Assembly (NCBI GenBank): GCA_003427395.1
Contig: BFEA01000043.1
Location: 929,168-993,167 of the forward strand
Origin: Chara braunii
Lineage: Eukaryota > Plantae > Charophyceae
Direction: 5' to 3'
Length of the DNA stretch: 64,000 nucleotides
The position numbers and the translations under genes are program-made. The notes beneath the pieces are model-generated. The model worked only from the letters and a program-made list of their open reading frames with translations, was not told where the DNA came from and made no database searches. Shown here piece after piece: positions 23,230 to 36,282 of the stretch. Every line of letters begins with the position of its first letter. Positions within the stretch are counted from its first letter, which is position 1.

Positions 23230-24925
23230 TGAATTGATCTTTTTGGTTGGAACACCACCCTTTGTCCCTTTTCTTTTAGAACCCTTACTCTCTGTAGTGT
23301 TGTTTTTTCTCTCCATTCGAAAGGTGCCCTGCTCCCTTGGAGGATGCCTAATTTAGCAATGGCATAGTCTTCGACCAATACTAATTGAGGTGAGACCATG
23401 TGCATTAGGCCTATACTCAGCGGGGTCCCTGTGCTTGCTACCCAATCTCCCTCCTTCAGAGTGGGGCCTCGTTTAAGGATTCGGTACCATTCTAGCGGAA
23501 TGATTTCAATGATGTTTTCCAATGACTCCTCTGCATGGTGACAGTACCTTAGGATGCCTCACAACAGGTCCCCTGTTTTCCAATTTTATCTGTTATTGTT
23601 CCATAGGTCCCCTACTCTGAGTATTTCATTCTTTACGCAGTTTTTCCAGGGCAGGGATGAGTTTTTCATGACGCAGCCCCTCGCATATGTCACCCATCTG
23701 TTCCCAAATAGGGATTGGCGATAGATTTCTTTCCGTCGGTCGGGGTAGGCCTTGTCTGGGAGCGGTAGTTTTCTCCACGTTTGCAGCAGGGATGGCCAAA
23801 AACTATCCAACTTTTGTCCTCCCCCTTCTGCGCCTTCCTTTCCTCTTGGGAGTTTGCGTGGGATTGCCTAGAAGCGGTCCTCCAGCCAAGTTAGCGGGTG
23901 GACCGTCTAGGGGGTTGCTGGGGCTAGTCGAGCCAAATGTTCCAGCGCTAAGACACCACCGGTTTCGAGGGGCAAAAATAAGCTTTTTAATTCATTTTAC
24001 TCGCAATGCATGTACCTGCATAGTAGGGTCAATTATCCCCAAGCCACCCACTGATTTTGGTTGTATGATTGAATTTCAAGCTAACCGACTAATTGCGTCA
24101 ACCAGATCTCCATCCCCTCTCCATAAGAAGGTCGCTGCCTTTCCTTTACGGCTTCTCAGGGCCGGTTTGCTCAAGGGTCACAACAGGGATTTATACCATA
24201 GTGTTGCAAAGATTACATTATTTAACACCAAGGCTCGTCCAAAAATGGATGTGTGTTTATTTTTCCAATTGTTTAGTTTGTGTTGGGGTGGGGTGCTTAT
24301 CCAATCGTCGTTTATTGGAGGCCGTCTTTCTGTAGTCATAGATACTCATAAAATTCTCATCGGAGCATCTAATGGCTTTCATGCAATACGCGGTAATTCC
24401 GGCGGGCGCCCCCCCTAGTAATGAATCCACCATCCCTGTGTCTTAGACCCCCAAGTCACTCTCATGTCAGATACCCTCACAAATCTTTCCATCATCTGGT
24501 GGATTTCCTCCATGTTACTGTGTGTAGCCTCCACCATTACTGTAAGATCATCCGCAAACAGGGAGCACACAGGGATTGCATCCTCCGGGATGTGTATGAC
24601 TATAATTTTAGAGATATTTTTATTCTTCCGAAGGTTCGCAGCGAGCGCATCCATAATGATTAGGAGGAAGGGGGCGATTGGGTCCCCTTGTGGGACCGAA
24701 CGTTGTAAGTGTATGGGCGGTGCAAAACCCTCGTTAACCTGGACACAGGTGGTGGCATTTTGATGCAGTATTTGTATCCAACATCTGAAGTCTGGACCGA
24801 AGTTCATTTTTTCTAAGCACTTGTCTAGGAACGACCAATCTATATGATCATAAGCTTTTTCAAAATCGATAAAGAGAAGAACCGCGTTCTGGCGTGAGTG
24901 CCTCGTAAGCTGGAGGACCTCATGG
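23225..24925 (-). pseudogene. LINE ORF2 internal fragment
   Basis: IDFEKAYDHIDW, SVPQGDPIAP, LFADD and WRKLPLPD fragments. Frameshifted. Confidence 0.9.
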
Positions 24926-24944
24926 ATTAGCTCCCNCCCGCATA

Positions 24945-24949
<5 letters not shown>

Positions 24950-24975
<26 letters not shown>

Positions 24976-25375
24976 AATCTATTCGTAGGGAGCAGCACGT
25001 GCTGGGAACTGAGCCCAGCATCCCAAATGGAAATTTACATAGAATTTTGAAAATTTGAGATACTGGGGTCATTACCCGGCTTTGGCTAAGAAAATTTCGA
25101 GCTAATTAGATAATTACTACGACAAACTTCAAAAAAAAGGTCTGTCCATAACAAACACACCACCACAGAGGTCCTACAAATGCTCAAAACCCTGTGGATC
25201 CCTAGCAACCCTTCTAAAGCTCTCCAGCACTGTCTTACTCCCTACCGAGTTCTTCCAGGCCTCACACCCCCACCCTGCTGGGTTACAGGGCAACACGACT
25301 CGCCCCAGCTCCGACCAGCGTCGTCCCAGCAGCAACCCTTGGTTGTCTCTTAGAATGCCCACCCCAAAGCATCCC
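24950..25375 (-). mobile_element. Truncated non-coding retroposon with Alu-like motif
   Basis: Poly(T), CGTG-variant pseudoknot module (24977-25024), hairpin E (~25062-25080), Alu-like motif (25252-25316). Confidence 0.7.
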
Positions 25376-25379
25376 CATA

Positions 25380-25620
25380 TTTTATTTATTTATTTATTTT
25401 TAAACCCCGTTGGTGTTAGTGGTGCTGATAAGAGCAAACACCACTAGCGCCTGGGGAGAGGCTCCATCTATTGGTGGGGAGCAGCACCTGCTGGAAAACG
25501 GGTTCAGCGTCCCATTATACAAGTTGAGTTTTGGAATGTATCAAAACAGTGTTGTGTGAGATTCCCGCCAGCATTGATTGCCCCTGGATCCGCATGATTA
25601 ACTGAGCAAGCAATTGGGAA
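25380..25620 (-). mobile_element. LINE-type 3' tail
   Basis: (TTTA)n tail, terminal hairpin, pseudoknot module (25460-25513), internal-loop motif (25567-25608). Confidence 0.75.
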
Positions 25621-25899
25621 GGAGGGGAACCTCTTCGCCCTGAACTCGACGCCAAGTCTCTGCTGCAACACCCTAGTTCCTTCCTCACCCTATTAATGAG
25701 TACTTTGGAGACCTGAGTAATAACTGAGCAAGACATCATTAGGATCGTAGGGGGCATATTGGTGTGGGTAATCCTACATAAGGCAGTGTAATAGTGCAAT
25801 CAAACTTTGTTCAGTGATTCGCTATAATTGACCTTCTACCTTCTTGTTCTAAAAACCTCTCCTCCTCACGGTGCTGTAAAAGTTCTTTAGTAGATGATG

Positions 25900-26218
25900 A
25901 GGGTTTCAGATTAGGGATATGCCTTTCGATTGTGCTGGGCAGTTAATCCCCTCGGTCGAGGGCAATCAATGATGCTCATCAGACTAATCGGTGTGCCTAC
26001 GTGTCGGTTCCGTTCACCGTTCATGTTTGTAAGTAGGATGGACACGTGGCATGTTTACATGAACCCTGTTTGTTTACAGACCACCTACTTCTAAATGTCA
26101 AGGGACGTTGGACCCGGATTCCAGCAGGTGTTGCTCCCCACCAATAGATGGAGCCTTCCCGAGCATGTTAGTGGTATCTGCTCTTATCAGCACCTTTAAC
26201 ATTCACCCGGGTTGTTTC

Positions 26219-26297
<79 letters not shown>
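25900..26297 (+). mobile_element. LINE-type 3' tail with long poly(A)
   Basis: Internal-loop motif (25937-25977), pseudoknot module (26102-26156), terminal hairpin and ~75-nt poly(A). Confidence 0.8.
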
Positions 26298-26462
26298 CAG
26301 GTGGGCGATACCGGCCAGAGGTCAGCTGGCAGCATCAGGACCGAGCTTCTTCTCTTTCAAAAAAAGAAATAAAAACCTTCTCTTTCACGAAAAAAAAATA
26401 AAATTTAAAACCTTCAGTTAATATGCGAAAGGAAATAAAAACCTTATTTTTCTATCAAGGCG

Positions 26463-26493
<31 letters not shown>

Positions 26494-26503
26494 CAAGACC
26501 TAT

Positions 26504-26839
26504 GTAGCACCGTGTTCACGTTCAGAGGTGAACACGAACCCGAACGCGAACAAGTGTCAAAAACCCTCCGAACGCGAACATAAAAAATAATAATAAAAAA
26601 CAAAAAACGTTCTCAGAAAAATCTGAAACAAATATATGTTATGTAAAATAACAATACAAGCAACTTTTGCCTTGGAGTCATGTTCAAATTCGTAGCCAAT
26701 CATGATTTAAAAATCAAAAACCAATTTATTTATTTATTTATTTTTAACGGAAAATAAATTATGTTCGCGAGCTGTTTGTGCGAACGCGCGAACACGTTCG
26801 CGCGAACGTGAAGGGGCGCGAACACCTTCGCTGTGCTAC
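26504..26839. mobile_element. Probable MITE with short TIR (gtagcac/gtgctac) and GCGAAC/GTTCGC subterminal repeats
   Basis: The internal segment tatgttatg...caacttttgcct.gg.gtca is shared with MITE 51585-51875. No clear TSD. Confidence 0.5.
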
Positions 26840-26859
26840 GCTGAGCAACACATCAAACC

Positions 26860-28285
26860 TTTTTTTGAAAAGCAGAGGATTAAAAAGATATCTAAAAAAG
26901 GACATGCCAGCATTGATTGCTCTGAACTGTAGAGGATTTACTGAGCAGGTTGCTGAATTCCCAGTATAGAGACTCAAATCATATATAACTGCTTACTAGG
27001 AATTCACCTGACTCTGAGTTACACCATTGGTAGCCTCTTAACCAGTTTAGGAGGTTCGGCCAGGTGGAAAGAGGGATGAGGGGGGCAGGGTCTGCGTCTA
27101 GGGGGCGACTGGAAAAGACAACTTGATCCTCCTATTTCCGTTCTCCGTCCTGACTGAGCCCACTAAGATTGTGTTGGACAGGTTCTACAGTGTCTCGGCC
27201 ATACCAGCTGAACTCAACTAAGGTGTTATTTGGTGGTGGGAACAGATCGGGGAAATCTGAGGCGGGGCGGAGGGGTATGTCACTGGAGATCTCAGTCCAT
27301 TTATGAAAAACAAACGATAGTCCTTTTGTGATGATTCCAGACGATCATTTTCGTCTAGATGCCAACCATCCCATTATATCCATGCAATCCATCCTCCTCG
27401 TTCCCCACCCAACCAGTCCATGCAGAATTATTGTAGTTTATGAATAATATATGATCTTCTTGTGAGAATTTTCATCCCTTGTACCGTCTTTTTTCACTGG
27501 GTTTTGATTGCAGTTTCAATCATTTCCTCAATTATTTCCGTTATTTCACCACTACCAATGCAGGCACCTTCAAGTGCTAGAGTGCATATGCGACGCCATA
27601 TAGCCCATAACACTTCTGCCCTCCCAATCCTAAATAAATTGGTTGTGAAGGTCGACGTTTGGGCCGACCAGTGACCAGTTAGTAAGGCTCTTCGTTCCCA
27701 TGGCCAGTCTTTGTCCGACTGTAGTTGGTTCCAAATCCAGACCCATCCACACCACGTAACGATAGAAGTTGGGCACTGTAGGAAAAAGGTGCTCTATTAT
27801 CTTGTTGGTCTTTCGAGAGGGGAAGCCCCCCACACACGCTAGACACCAAGGGAGAGCCAACCTTTTCTGTTCCAGGTGCGTATGGTCTACGAGCCATGCG
27901 TTCGTCGGTAAGCATCGGTGGGTAATTTGCCATTGAAGCGAGGCGGTCTTGGCCGGTCTGTTCTTCACTTCTTTAAACCATTTGATAGGTCTCAGGACTT
28001 CATTTGGGACTTTTAGGTGTCGAGCCCAGCGATCTACTATCCGGTCCTTCAGATTCAGTTTAGTCCTGAGCATTCGATAGGTCGCTTTAACACCCAATGT
28101 ATGGAGGTACCGATATTTGGGTCCTCCGTTCTTTGTTGGAATCTTTCATCTCAATTTTGCCACATCTATGGGGAGATCCTGGATTGGTACTTCCGGCCTA
28201 AATGCCACCCAGGATTTTTTTTCCTTTAAAACTCTCACCCTGTGAACCATTTTGACATCAATCCAAAACACTTCATCAGGCTCAA
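26860..28285 (-). mobile_element. LINE 3' fragment
   Basis: SLQWQITHRCLPTNAW, LPWCLAC and IEHLF motifs. Internal-loop motif at 26906-26949. Confidence 0.85.
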
Positions 28286-30985
28286 GGAGCAACACGTACT
28301 GGGAACCAGGCCCAGTAGCCCTTTTTTTTTGAAGTACCGGGACCATTACCCGGTTTCGGCTTGAGAGTATCCTCCAAGATCATAAACAAACTGTTGAGAA
28401 TCGGGATAGATGATGAGAAAACTATGAATATAGATGATGAGAAAAACTACGAATCTTTTTTTACGATCGCTAAACACCTCCTGAAATCCACCCGCAATTC
28501 TCCGAACAGTCAAGTATCTAAGGGAATTCCAGCAGATCATAACAAAACTCACCAAAACTGACTTATTCTCTGCCAAACTCATCTAGGCCTCACGCCCCCT
28601 ATCCGCTAGGTTACAAAGCAACACGACTCACTCCATCTCCGACCAGTGTCGTCATGTGTTAGCAACCCCAAACTGTCCATTAGGATGCCCCCGCATAGCA
28701 TCCCCAAATCTCTCTACAAGGCCTCATGCCCTCACCTTCGGCAAGTTACAGGGCATCACCCCGGCTCCGGCCAGCATCGTTCTGGCATGGAACAACCACG
28801 GATCCTGAATAGAACAGTCTAATTCCAGTGCAGCTTCGTATAAACCACCATCAGTCCCTCAAAGTCCTGAGAGATTCTTCAAACTACCAGGAAATAACAA
28901 GGGTGCATGTTTTGAATATTCCAGGAAGAATCAGAAAAGGTCCCAACCAAATTCAAGCAAAGGATATAGAAATTCCCCCCTTTCCCCTCATCCCCCTGCC
29001 CCACCGCTACCTCCACCGAAAAGGACCGCCCCTGATCACGAGCACTCCTCATCGGCCACAACTTGGGACAGACCCATTTCCCCCCCGTACTCCCACAAAG
29101 GCATCCAGTTCCCACCCAAAGTATGCCTCTGCCAACCCCTTGCCCTTATCTGCCTCCATTGGGATATGATGGCGACCCATACATCTCCCCCAGCCCCAGA
29201 ATAGAGCATCCCCCAAAATCTGGCCCGTCTCCCCTCAGGGCAATCACCTCCCTCCTTGTGAAGCCCCTGCAGAGTAGAGCTCGCCCCCAACCCACCCCCT
29301 CACCAGAAGTAATTTGTTTACACTAAAGAGGAGAACCATAATTCCAAACGTTGTTGTAGATTATTTCCCCCCTTCCCCTACATCTCCCCCTATCCCTCCG
29401 CTGCCTCCACCGAAAAGGACTGCCCTGATCACAAGCTCTCCTTATCGGCCCCAACTTGGGATATACCTGCTTCCTCCCCCTACTTCCACTAAGGCATCCA
29501 GTTCCACCCAAAGTATGCCTCAGCCACCCCCTCACCCCTATTTGCCTCCGTTGGGATATGATGTCAGTCCATACATCTCTCCTAGCCCCAGAATAGACCA
29601 ACCCCCAAAATCTTCCCCCACTCTCTCCAGGGCATTTCACCCCCCACCTTGTGAAGCCCCTGTGGAGTAGAGCTCTCCTCCTTAAAACCCCAACCCCCCA
29701 CCCAGACAAAAATAATTCATTAATGCGCCCGAAGAGGAACCAGAAATTAATAGTGGAGAAAAGAAAAAACGAGCCTCAAGAGTTTTAGGAACTCAATTTC
29801 CTAAGATTTGAGTGGAAGAATAGGAAATTTATGAGAATTATGATGAAGAAAGGTAGATAAGAGTTTTCTTTTTTTGGATTTGTTGATGATGATGAACAAC
29901 ATCCTGAAGATGATGATGATGAAGATGATGATGACAACCAACTCACCTGCTGATGTGAAAGGCAAACAAGACCTTGGAAAGCAGCATCTAATGATAACAA
30001 AATGATGATGATGATGGTAATGATGAGAATGAAGACAGAATGATGTTGATGATCATACTGAAGAACAGTACCAACAGCGGCCTATGATTTACAAATTGAT
30101 GATGATGATGATGATGACGCACCGCGCCCTGTGATGACAAAAGGATGATGATGGTGCTAATGACAAGCACCTTGGATGATAGTCTAGTGATGATGATGGT
30201 GAGCAGCTTCGCCAACAACACCTTATGATGGTGAACTATTGATGATGGTAATGATACTGGCATAATGACAATGATGATGATGATAACGAGCAACCCTAGC
30301 GGCGCCCTATGAGGACACAATGATGATGATGATCATCATGATGAGCAGGGTGGATAATGACGCCACCCACGCCTTGATGTTGATGACGAGCGACACCCTG
30401 ATGATGATGATAGTGATGACCCTGATGCTGATGACGAACCATTACCATGATGATGATGTCGAACCACGCCCTGTTGATGATGATGGTGATGATGATGATG
30501 ACGACGAACAGCACCCTGATGATGATGACGAACCCTGACTGTGCTGTTGATGATGGTGCTGGTGATGATCAACGCCCTGTTGTTGATGCCGCGCAGCGCC
30601 CTGATTATGCTGACGCACCCACTTCCTCATGATTGCAGTCGCCACTGCACTCGCACTTCAGTTTACCAAGGGCTGACTCCACTGTACTCCACCGACGTTG
30701 ACATAGCCAACGCCTCCCAGGCCATATGCCACGTGCAAAACCGCAGCAGCAATGAAGTGAAACGTGGAACTCCCAGAAGAAAAAAGCCAACGGGAGTCAG
30801 TCCATCCGCCACATCAGCCTGTGACGTGGTGTGGACAAGCACCTCCGGTCACCTGCGCATGCGCAAAGCGCCTGGTTGAGAGAAGAGATGGCGGCCGTCG
30901 CCACCGCGCGCCTTCACCATGACCCACCTGTGCGCTTTCCCAGCCCAGGGCGGGGCGCGGTGCTCTCGGTAGCGCCTCGCCCCCA
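28286..30985 (-). mobile_element. Long non-coding modular retroposon (homolog of 1-1480)
   Basis: GC-rich head, (CAT)n-rich tract, paired G-rich repeats, two Alu-like motifs (28583-28644, 28712-28772), hairpin E (28336-28353), partial pseudoknot module (28286-28318). Confidence 0.7.
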
Positions 30986-30989
30986 TCTC

Positions 30990-33900
30990 CTGATCTTGTC
31001 TTTTCGAGTAACCCTTATGAAAATAGCCCCTGATTAAGTGTTTTAGTTGTGACCGATCAAAAAGGTTCACCAGCACCTCCCCCGGTCTGACTGCAAGTAT
31101 TTCCCCTACCCGAGTTGCATCCCCACTTAATACCACCCAGTCCCCTTCCTGTACTGTTGGCCCCCGTCGTAGAGTCCGCACCCATGCAAGGGGGAGGGCA
31201 AAGAGGATCTGATCCAACCTCTCCCCTATCCTTTGGCAATGGGGAAACTTCTCTCTCAGTTGCTCTTCTGAGAGTCGATCATTCCTTGCTTGGTCCTATA
31301 AGTGTCTCACCCTTGTGATCCCTTTCTTCACCCATCCATTCCACGGACGATCTGAGTTGAGCAACACCCGCCCCTGCCGGTCCGTTATCCAACGGTTTTC
31401 GAAGAGTGGTTGGCGAGCGACTTTCTCCCACCTTCTGGGGAATGGTCTATCCGGGAGCGGGAGCCGCCGCCAATCTTTAATTAGATTGGCCCGAAATCCG
31501 TTTTTTCGTAGATCCCGGCAGGCTGCGGCGCGATCTGAGTGTGATTGTGGCCGGGTGGGGGGTCTGGGGATTGTCCAGAAGACGTCATCTAGCCAGTCAA
31601 TATGGTGTGTGGTGGGTGTAGCCTCTGGAGCCAACCTCGATAGTTGTTCCCAGGCTAGAGGCTCCCATGTAATGTCGGGGGTGCAAATAAGCCGCTTCAG
31701 CCATTGGAGCGAGAGAGCGACCGTTTGGGTGGCAGGGTCAAGTATGCCCAGACCGCCTTGTACCTTTGGTTGCACCACCACATTCCAGGTCATCCGACTA
31801 ATAGTGTGTTGGGTTTCGTGGTTGCGTCTCCATAGGAAAGTTGTCACTTGTTGCTTCAAGGTCTTTGACGCTTCTCTTTAAAGAGGTCAGATTGATGAGT
31901 TATACGAGATTGATGCCAAGACCGCGTTATTTATCACGAGGGCCCTACCCAAAGTGACGTATGTTTATCTTTCCAGGTTCCCATCTTTTGTAGGGTCGGG
32001 CATATTATCCAATTATCATTACTAGCAGGCTTTTCTTCGGATGAAAGTGGAATTCCTAGGACTCTGATGTGGGTTTCCAAGGGGAGCAACGTTACATGGG
32101 GCTGCTCTGGGGGTCTTCCACCATCATGATGCATCCACCATCCCAATGTCTTGTTGCCCCAGTTAATTGCCATGTCTGAGAGGGCGCAAAACTGGGTCAT
32201 TAGTTTTTCAATTTCCTCCATATTTTGTGTTGAGGCTTCTACCATCAGAGTGAGGTCGTCTGCGAACAATGAGCATATTTGTATTGCCTCTCGTGGGATA
32301 GAGGTCGCCTGAATCCTACTAATATTTTGGTTGGCTCTAAAATTGGTCGCTAGGGCTTCCATCACTACCACAAAAAGATATGGTGCAATCGGGTCCCCTT
32401 GTCGTACCGATCGCTGCAGGGGGAAGTCCGGAGCCAGGTTCCCATTAATATGAACCCGAGTGATAGCATTCTGATGATGATGAAGTATTATCACCCATCT
32501 TCTAAAGGTGCTTCCAAAGTTAATTTTTTCTAGACATTTATCCAAGAAATACTAATCCACATGGTCGTATGCGTTCTCAAAGTCAATAAAGAGGAAGGCG
32601 ACATTACACTTGGACTGTCTAGATATCCTTGACAACTCATTTACAAAGAGGATATTAGCCTGGATGCGTCGCTTTTTAAGGAAGCCCGTTTGTGAGGGAT
32701 GAATGATTTGTTGTGATGTCCGCGCCATCCGGTTTGCTAATGTTTTGGATAACATTTTATAGACCACAGTTAGTAATGTAATCGGCCGGTAGTTACGGAT
32801 GTTCATTTTGTCTCTTTTTTTGTATAGTGGCGTAAGAACCGCCTGATGCACCGCTTCCCCCATCACTCCCTCTTCCAGTACTCTATGGTAAAATATCATC
32901 AAGTCATCTGCCATTAGGGTCCAGGAAGTTTCCCAAAACTCTTTTGGAAAATCATCCACATTCGAGGTCTTCTCTTCCTCCATCTGCATAAGAGTCATCC
33001 ATATCTCTTCCCTGGTGAGTAGACGGTCTAGTGTCACTTACATCTGTTGGGGGAGCGATTTAGTAAGGGGGGTGAAAAAATGGTCTATTTCTATATTTCT
33101 TGTGGCGATATTTTCACCTTGGGTACGAGAGGTGAAGAAATCTTTGTAGAAATCCCTGGCCACCTTCATACACTGTGGCGTGGAGGTGGCTAGCAACCTC
33201 TCTGGTGCAGTGGGATCCATGAAGGCCTCAATGGTCTGTCTCTTTGCCTTGGCCCTTGCCAGGCCAAAGAAGTCAGAGTCCATGACCCCCTCAGTGTTGT
33301 GTCTGGAGAGTTTACCTCTAATCCTTATGTCATGCCATCTATAGGTTGCTTTTTTGGAGTGTCTGAAGGTGAGGGGTGAGGACTTGTTGTTGTAGATTTT
33401 GAATCTGATATTGAATCTCTATTTCCTCTTGATAACGCTTTGCTGCCAATTCTTTGAAGTATTTTTTACACTTGCGGCATAGAAAAAAAAAACCATTGTT
33501 AAACCATGTGACTTCAGAGTCAAAGTGTGTTTTTTTTTTGTGCCAGTAGGCCCATGTGTCTTGGACCAGGTGTGCAAAACCCTGCTTTTGTAGGGGGGAG
33601 GTATTGAGTTTGAAAAAGTCCGCGTCGTGGCTCGGTATCTGGCAGAAAGTGAGGGTGACTCAGCATAGGGCATGATTTAGTCTCATAAAGGGGCTACAGG
33701 GAAGCAGATATGCAAACTGCATTGCACCTGCTAGGTCCTCTGACATAAGTATCAGGCCGATTCTGGACCTAGAACAGGTTTCTGCCCCTGTTGTGCGGAA
33801 GCAGGAGTACCTTCTTTCCGTGGGAAAGACTCTTCTAAAAAAATCGAATAAGTGCAAGGTAGAGTTTAGTTCCTCAATGATCCTTTCATCAGATTCTATG

Positions 33901-34420
33901 TACGAGGGGCAAGGGGTGGGGATCCTCCATCTATCCAGCGTCCGGTCAGGGGCAGCATTAAAGTCACCAGCTAGGATCACCGATACTTCGGCGGGGATCT
34001 GTTGACGCAAGACCTTGAAAAATTATCGTCTGTCCCATTCAGAAATTGGTTCATATACGCAAATAATATAGATCAACTCAAGCTCGAGCATCGCAAGTAC
34101 CGAGACCCACCTACCCTCTTCCTGGTCTGTTACCCAATGGACCAGTGTCACCCTCGAGGTCGGTGGTATTCATATGGCCACCCCCACACTCCCTGGTCTT
34201 GGGGCATGAGCTCAGGCCTGGTGTGGCCATACCATGTGATGCACCCGGCGGTGTTCTGGGGTATCATGTAAGTGGGTCTCTTGTATGCACACCACATCTG
34301 TCCAGTCTTTGCCTGGGACCCCCTTGATCAATTCCCAGATCGCCTGTCTTTTGTCAGGTGTGGCCATTGCTAAGCCATTAACGTTTAACGTGCGAAGGTC
34401 AAGGTCTGCCTCCCGCAGAC
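30990..34420 (-). pseudogene. LINE ORF2 with apurinic-like endonuclease and RT
   Basis: TLNVNGL, VCIQETH, YIICVY, ILAGDFN, SRI.LI (APE); NYRPITLL, IDFENAYDHVD, SVRQGDPIAP, LFADD. Multiple stops and frameshifts. Confidence 0.92.
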
Positions 34421-34432
34421 ATCCCCAAATCT

Positions 34433-34791
34433 CTCTACCAGGCCTCACACTCCTGCATCAGCAGGTTACAGGGCAACACCCCAGCACCGACCAGCATCGT
34501 TCTGGCATTGAACGACCGCAGATCACTGAGTATATCAGCAATGGAACCATCTAATTTGAGTTGCTAGGAGTCCCCTAAATCCTAAATCATTCTTAAGACC
34601 CCCATTGGCAACCATGAACAACCAACAAAACTGTGGATCATAGGAACATTCAGACCGAAAAAACCACCTGCCTTAGTGCTTTCAGCAGCCCAACCCTATC
34701 TGCCTCCCCCCTATGTCCCGATACTCAATCTCTACCAGGCCTCACACCCCCAACTGCTAGGTTACAGAGTGGCATGACCCACCGCCCCGAC
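34433..34791 (-). ncRNA. Two SRP-Alu-domain-like motifs (34433-34492, 34731-34791) upstream of LINE ORF2
   Basis: Sense ggggtgttgccctgtaacctgctgatgcaggagtgtgaggcctgg, and a second copy containing ctctgtaacctagcagttgggggtgtgaggcc. Structural identity is inferred. Confidence 0.45.
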
Positions 34792-34979
34792 ATACAACAA
34801 CCGTGGACTTAAACCACCAGTACATGGGCACCTGGGCCGCGGGTCTGACACCTTAAATTCTGGCGGTGCGAAACGGAAACGGGGCCGCCGATCGAATTTA
34901 TCAACGGCAGACCCAGCGTTTGACGTTTCGGCCTCGTTTTCTTGTGGCGACAAGTTTTGGACTGCAAGGCCGGGGCCGT

Positions 34980-35190
34980 GCACTTGTGCTTTAACCCTTG
35001 GGTGGTGCGCATGCACCGTCTGTAATAGCTTACCTGTGTCAGCCCAAGGGGGTGTGCAAGTGACCGTGCGTTATGTAAACTCCTCCGGTGTTTCTGCGCA
35101 GAGGTGCGGAGTTTTGAACCCGCAACCACTCAGACCATAATGCACATTGACAACCGGTGCCCTACTCACCACTGAGCCATAGGGCCTAGG
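34980..35190 (-). mobile_element. tRNA-derived SINE head (S1/D)
   Basis: Minus-strand tggctcagtggtgag A-box and ggttcaaaactcc B-box. Homologous to 41420-41620. Confidence 0.7.
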
Positions 35191-35483
35191 CCACTTGCAA
35201 CACTGTGACACGTCCTTGCCTTTTCCCAGCCCTGACACTGAACACATCCAGAGTTTTTTGTCTTTTCATTTTGTTCAATCACTTCCCTTTTCTTCCTTCG
35301 AAAAGTGCAACCCCCCCTCCCCCCCGCAAAAAAAAACGAAAAGACAACCCCTAGACGCAGGCAGCGCTAGCGGCATCCCACTATAACCTTCTGTCAAATG
35401 TTTTGCCCTGTTGTTAACCAAAACGAAATGAAGGGGTGGGCCCTTTGATAACAAAGTGATTTAAAAAAAAAGAAAGGGGTAAC

Positions 35484-35649
35484 TAGGGTGCAGTCACGAC
35501 TTCAGTTTAAAATCCAGTTCAGGCATACAACACATCAACACCGGGCCCGAAAGGTAGGTTGTATACATTCACGATTTCCCTCGGTTTGACACAACATTTG
35601 CGAAATCGTGACTGAAGCGCATTTTCACATTAAAACCATGAGCGCCCTA
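35484..35649. mobile_element. MITE, homolog of 12705-12996
   Basis: tagggtgcagtcac ... gagcgcccta termini and shared internal sequence. Confidence 0.7.
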
Positions 35650-35721
35650 TTTCTCCTAAAAAAGAAACTAAGAAGGGGAGCGAAGTATGTGTCTTTTTTT
35701 TTTTCTTTCTTTTTTTTAATC

Positions 35722-36279
35722 CAGCAACCTAGCTCAGTTGGTTAGGCGTGCACGTAGCATTCAGGAGGTTGTGGGTTCAAGCCCCACAACCAGCTGCGGC
35801 GCACCTAGTGCCACCCAGCGGTGATAGTCCGCTTGATACCTCTGATCAGTATGAGCAGGGTCCTTGGTCAACCCGGGTGTGAGTGTGAGTGTGAGCGTGA
35901 GTGGGTTGTGTGTGGTGTGTGGTGTGTCGTTTGCGATGTGTGGGAGAGTGCTGCCTCAGACACTGCTGTTATTCGGTTGGGGGTGGGGGACGATGAAAAG
36001 GGAGGCGCAGCTACTGGCAAAATGCTCAGTCTTTGCGTTAGCCGGACCCCCACCGGTGGCCACACCCCATCCTTGACCTTAATGGTTGGGGCGGGGGGCA
36101 ACATGCATCCCCTCTGATGGCTGGAGGGAGACACCAAAGCTATGTTCGCAGGGGTCCCCTGTATAAGCCTTAGGAGTAGTGGTCGGCAGGTAGTGAAGGT
36201 GAATTGAAAGAATTTGAAAGATGATGAAAGATTTGAGAGAAGAATATAGTGCAGTTTAAAAAAAAAAAAAAAAAAAAAA
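35722..36279 (+). mobile_element. tRNA-derived SINE (family S2), ~560 bp
   Basis: A-box tagctcagttgg, B-box ggttcaagccc, body with ctggcaaaatgctcagtctttgc, poly(A). Confidence 0.85.
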
Positions 36280-36282
36280 GTA

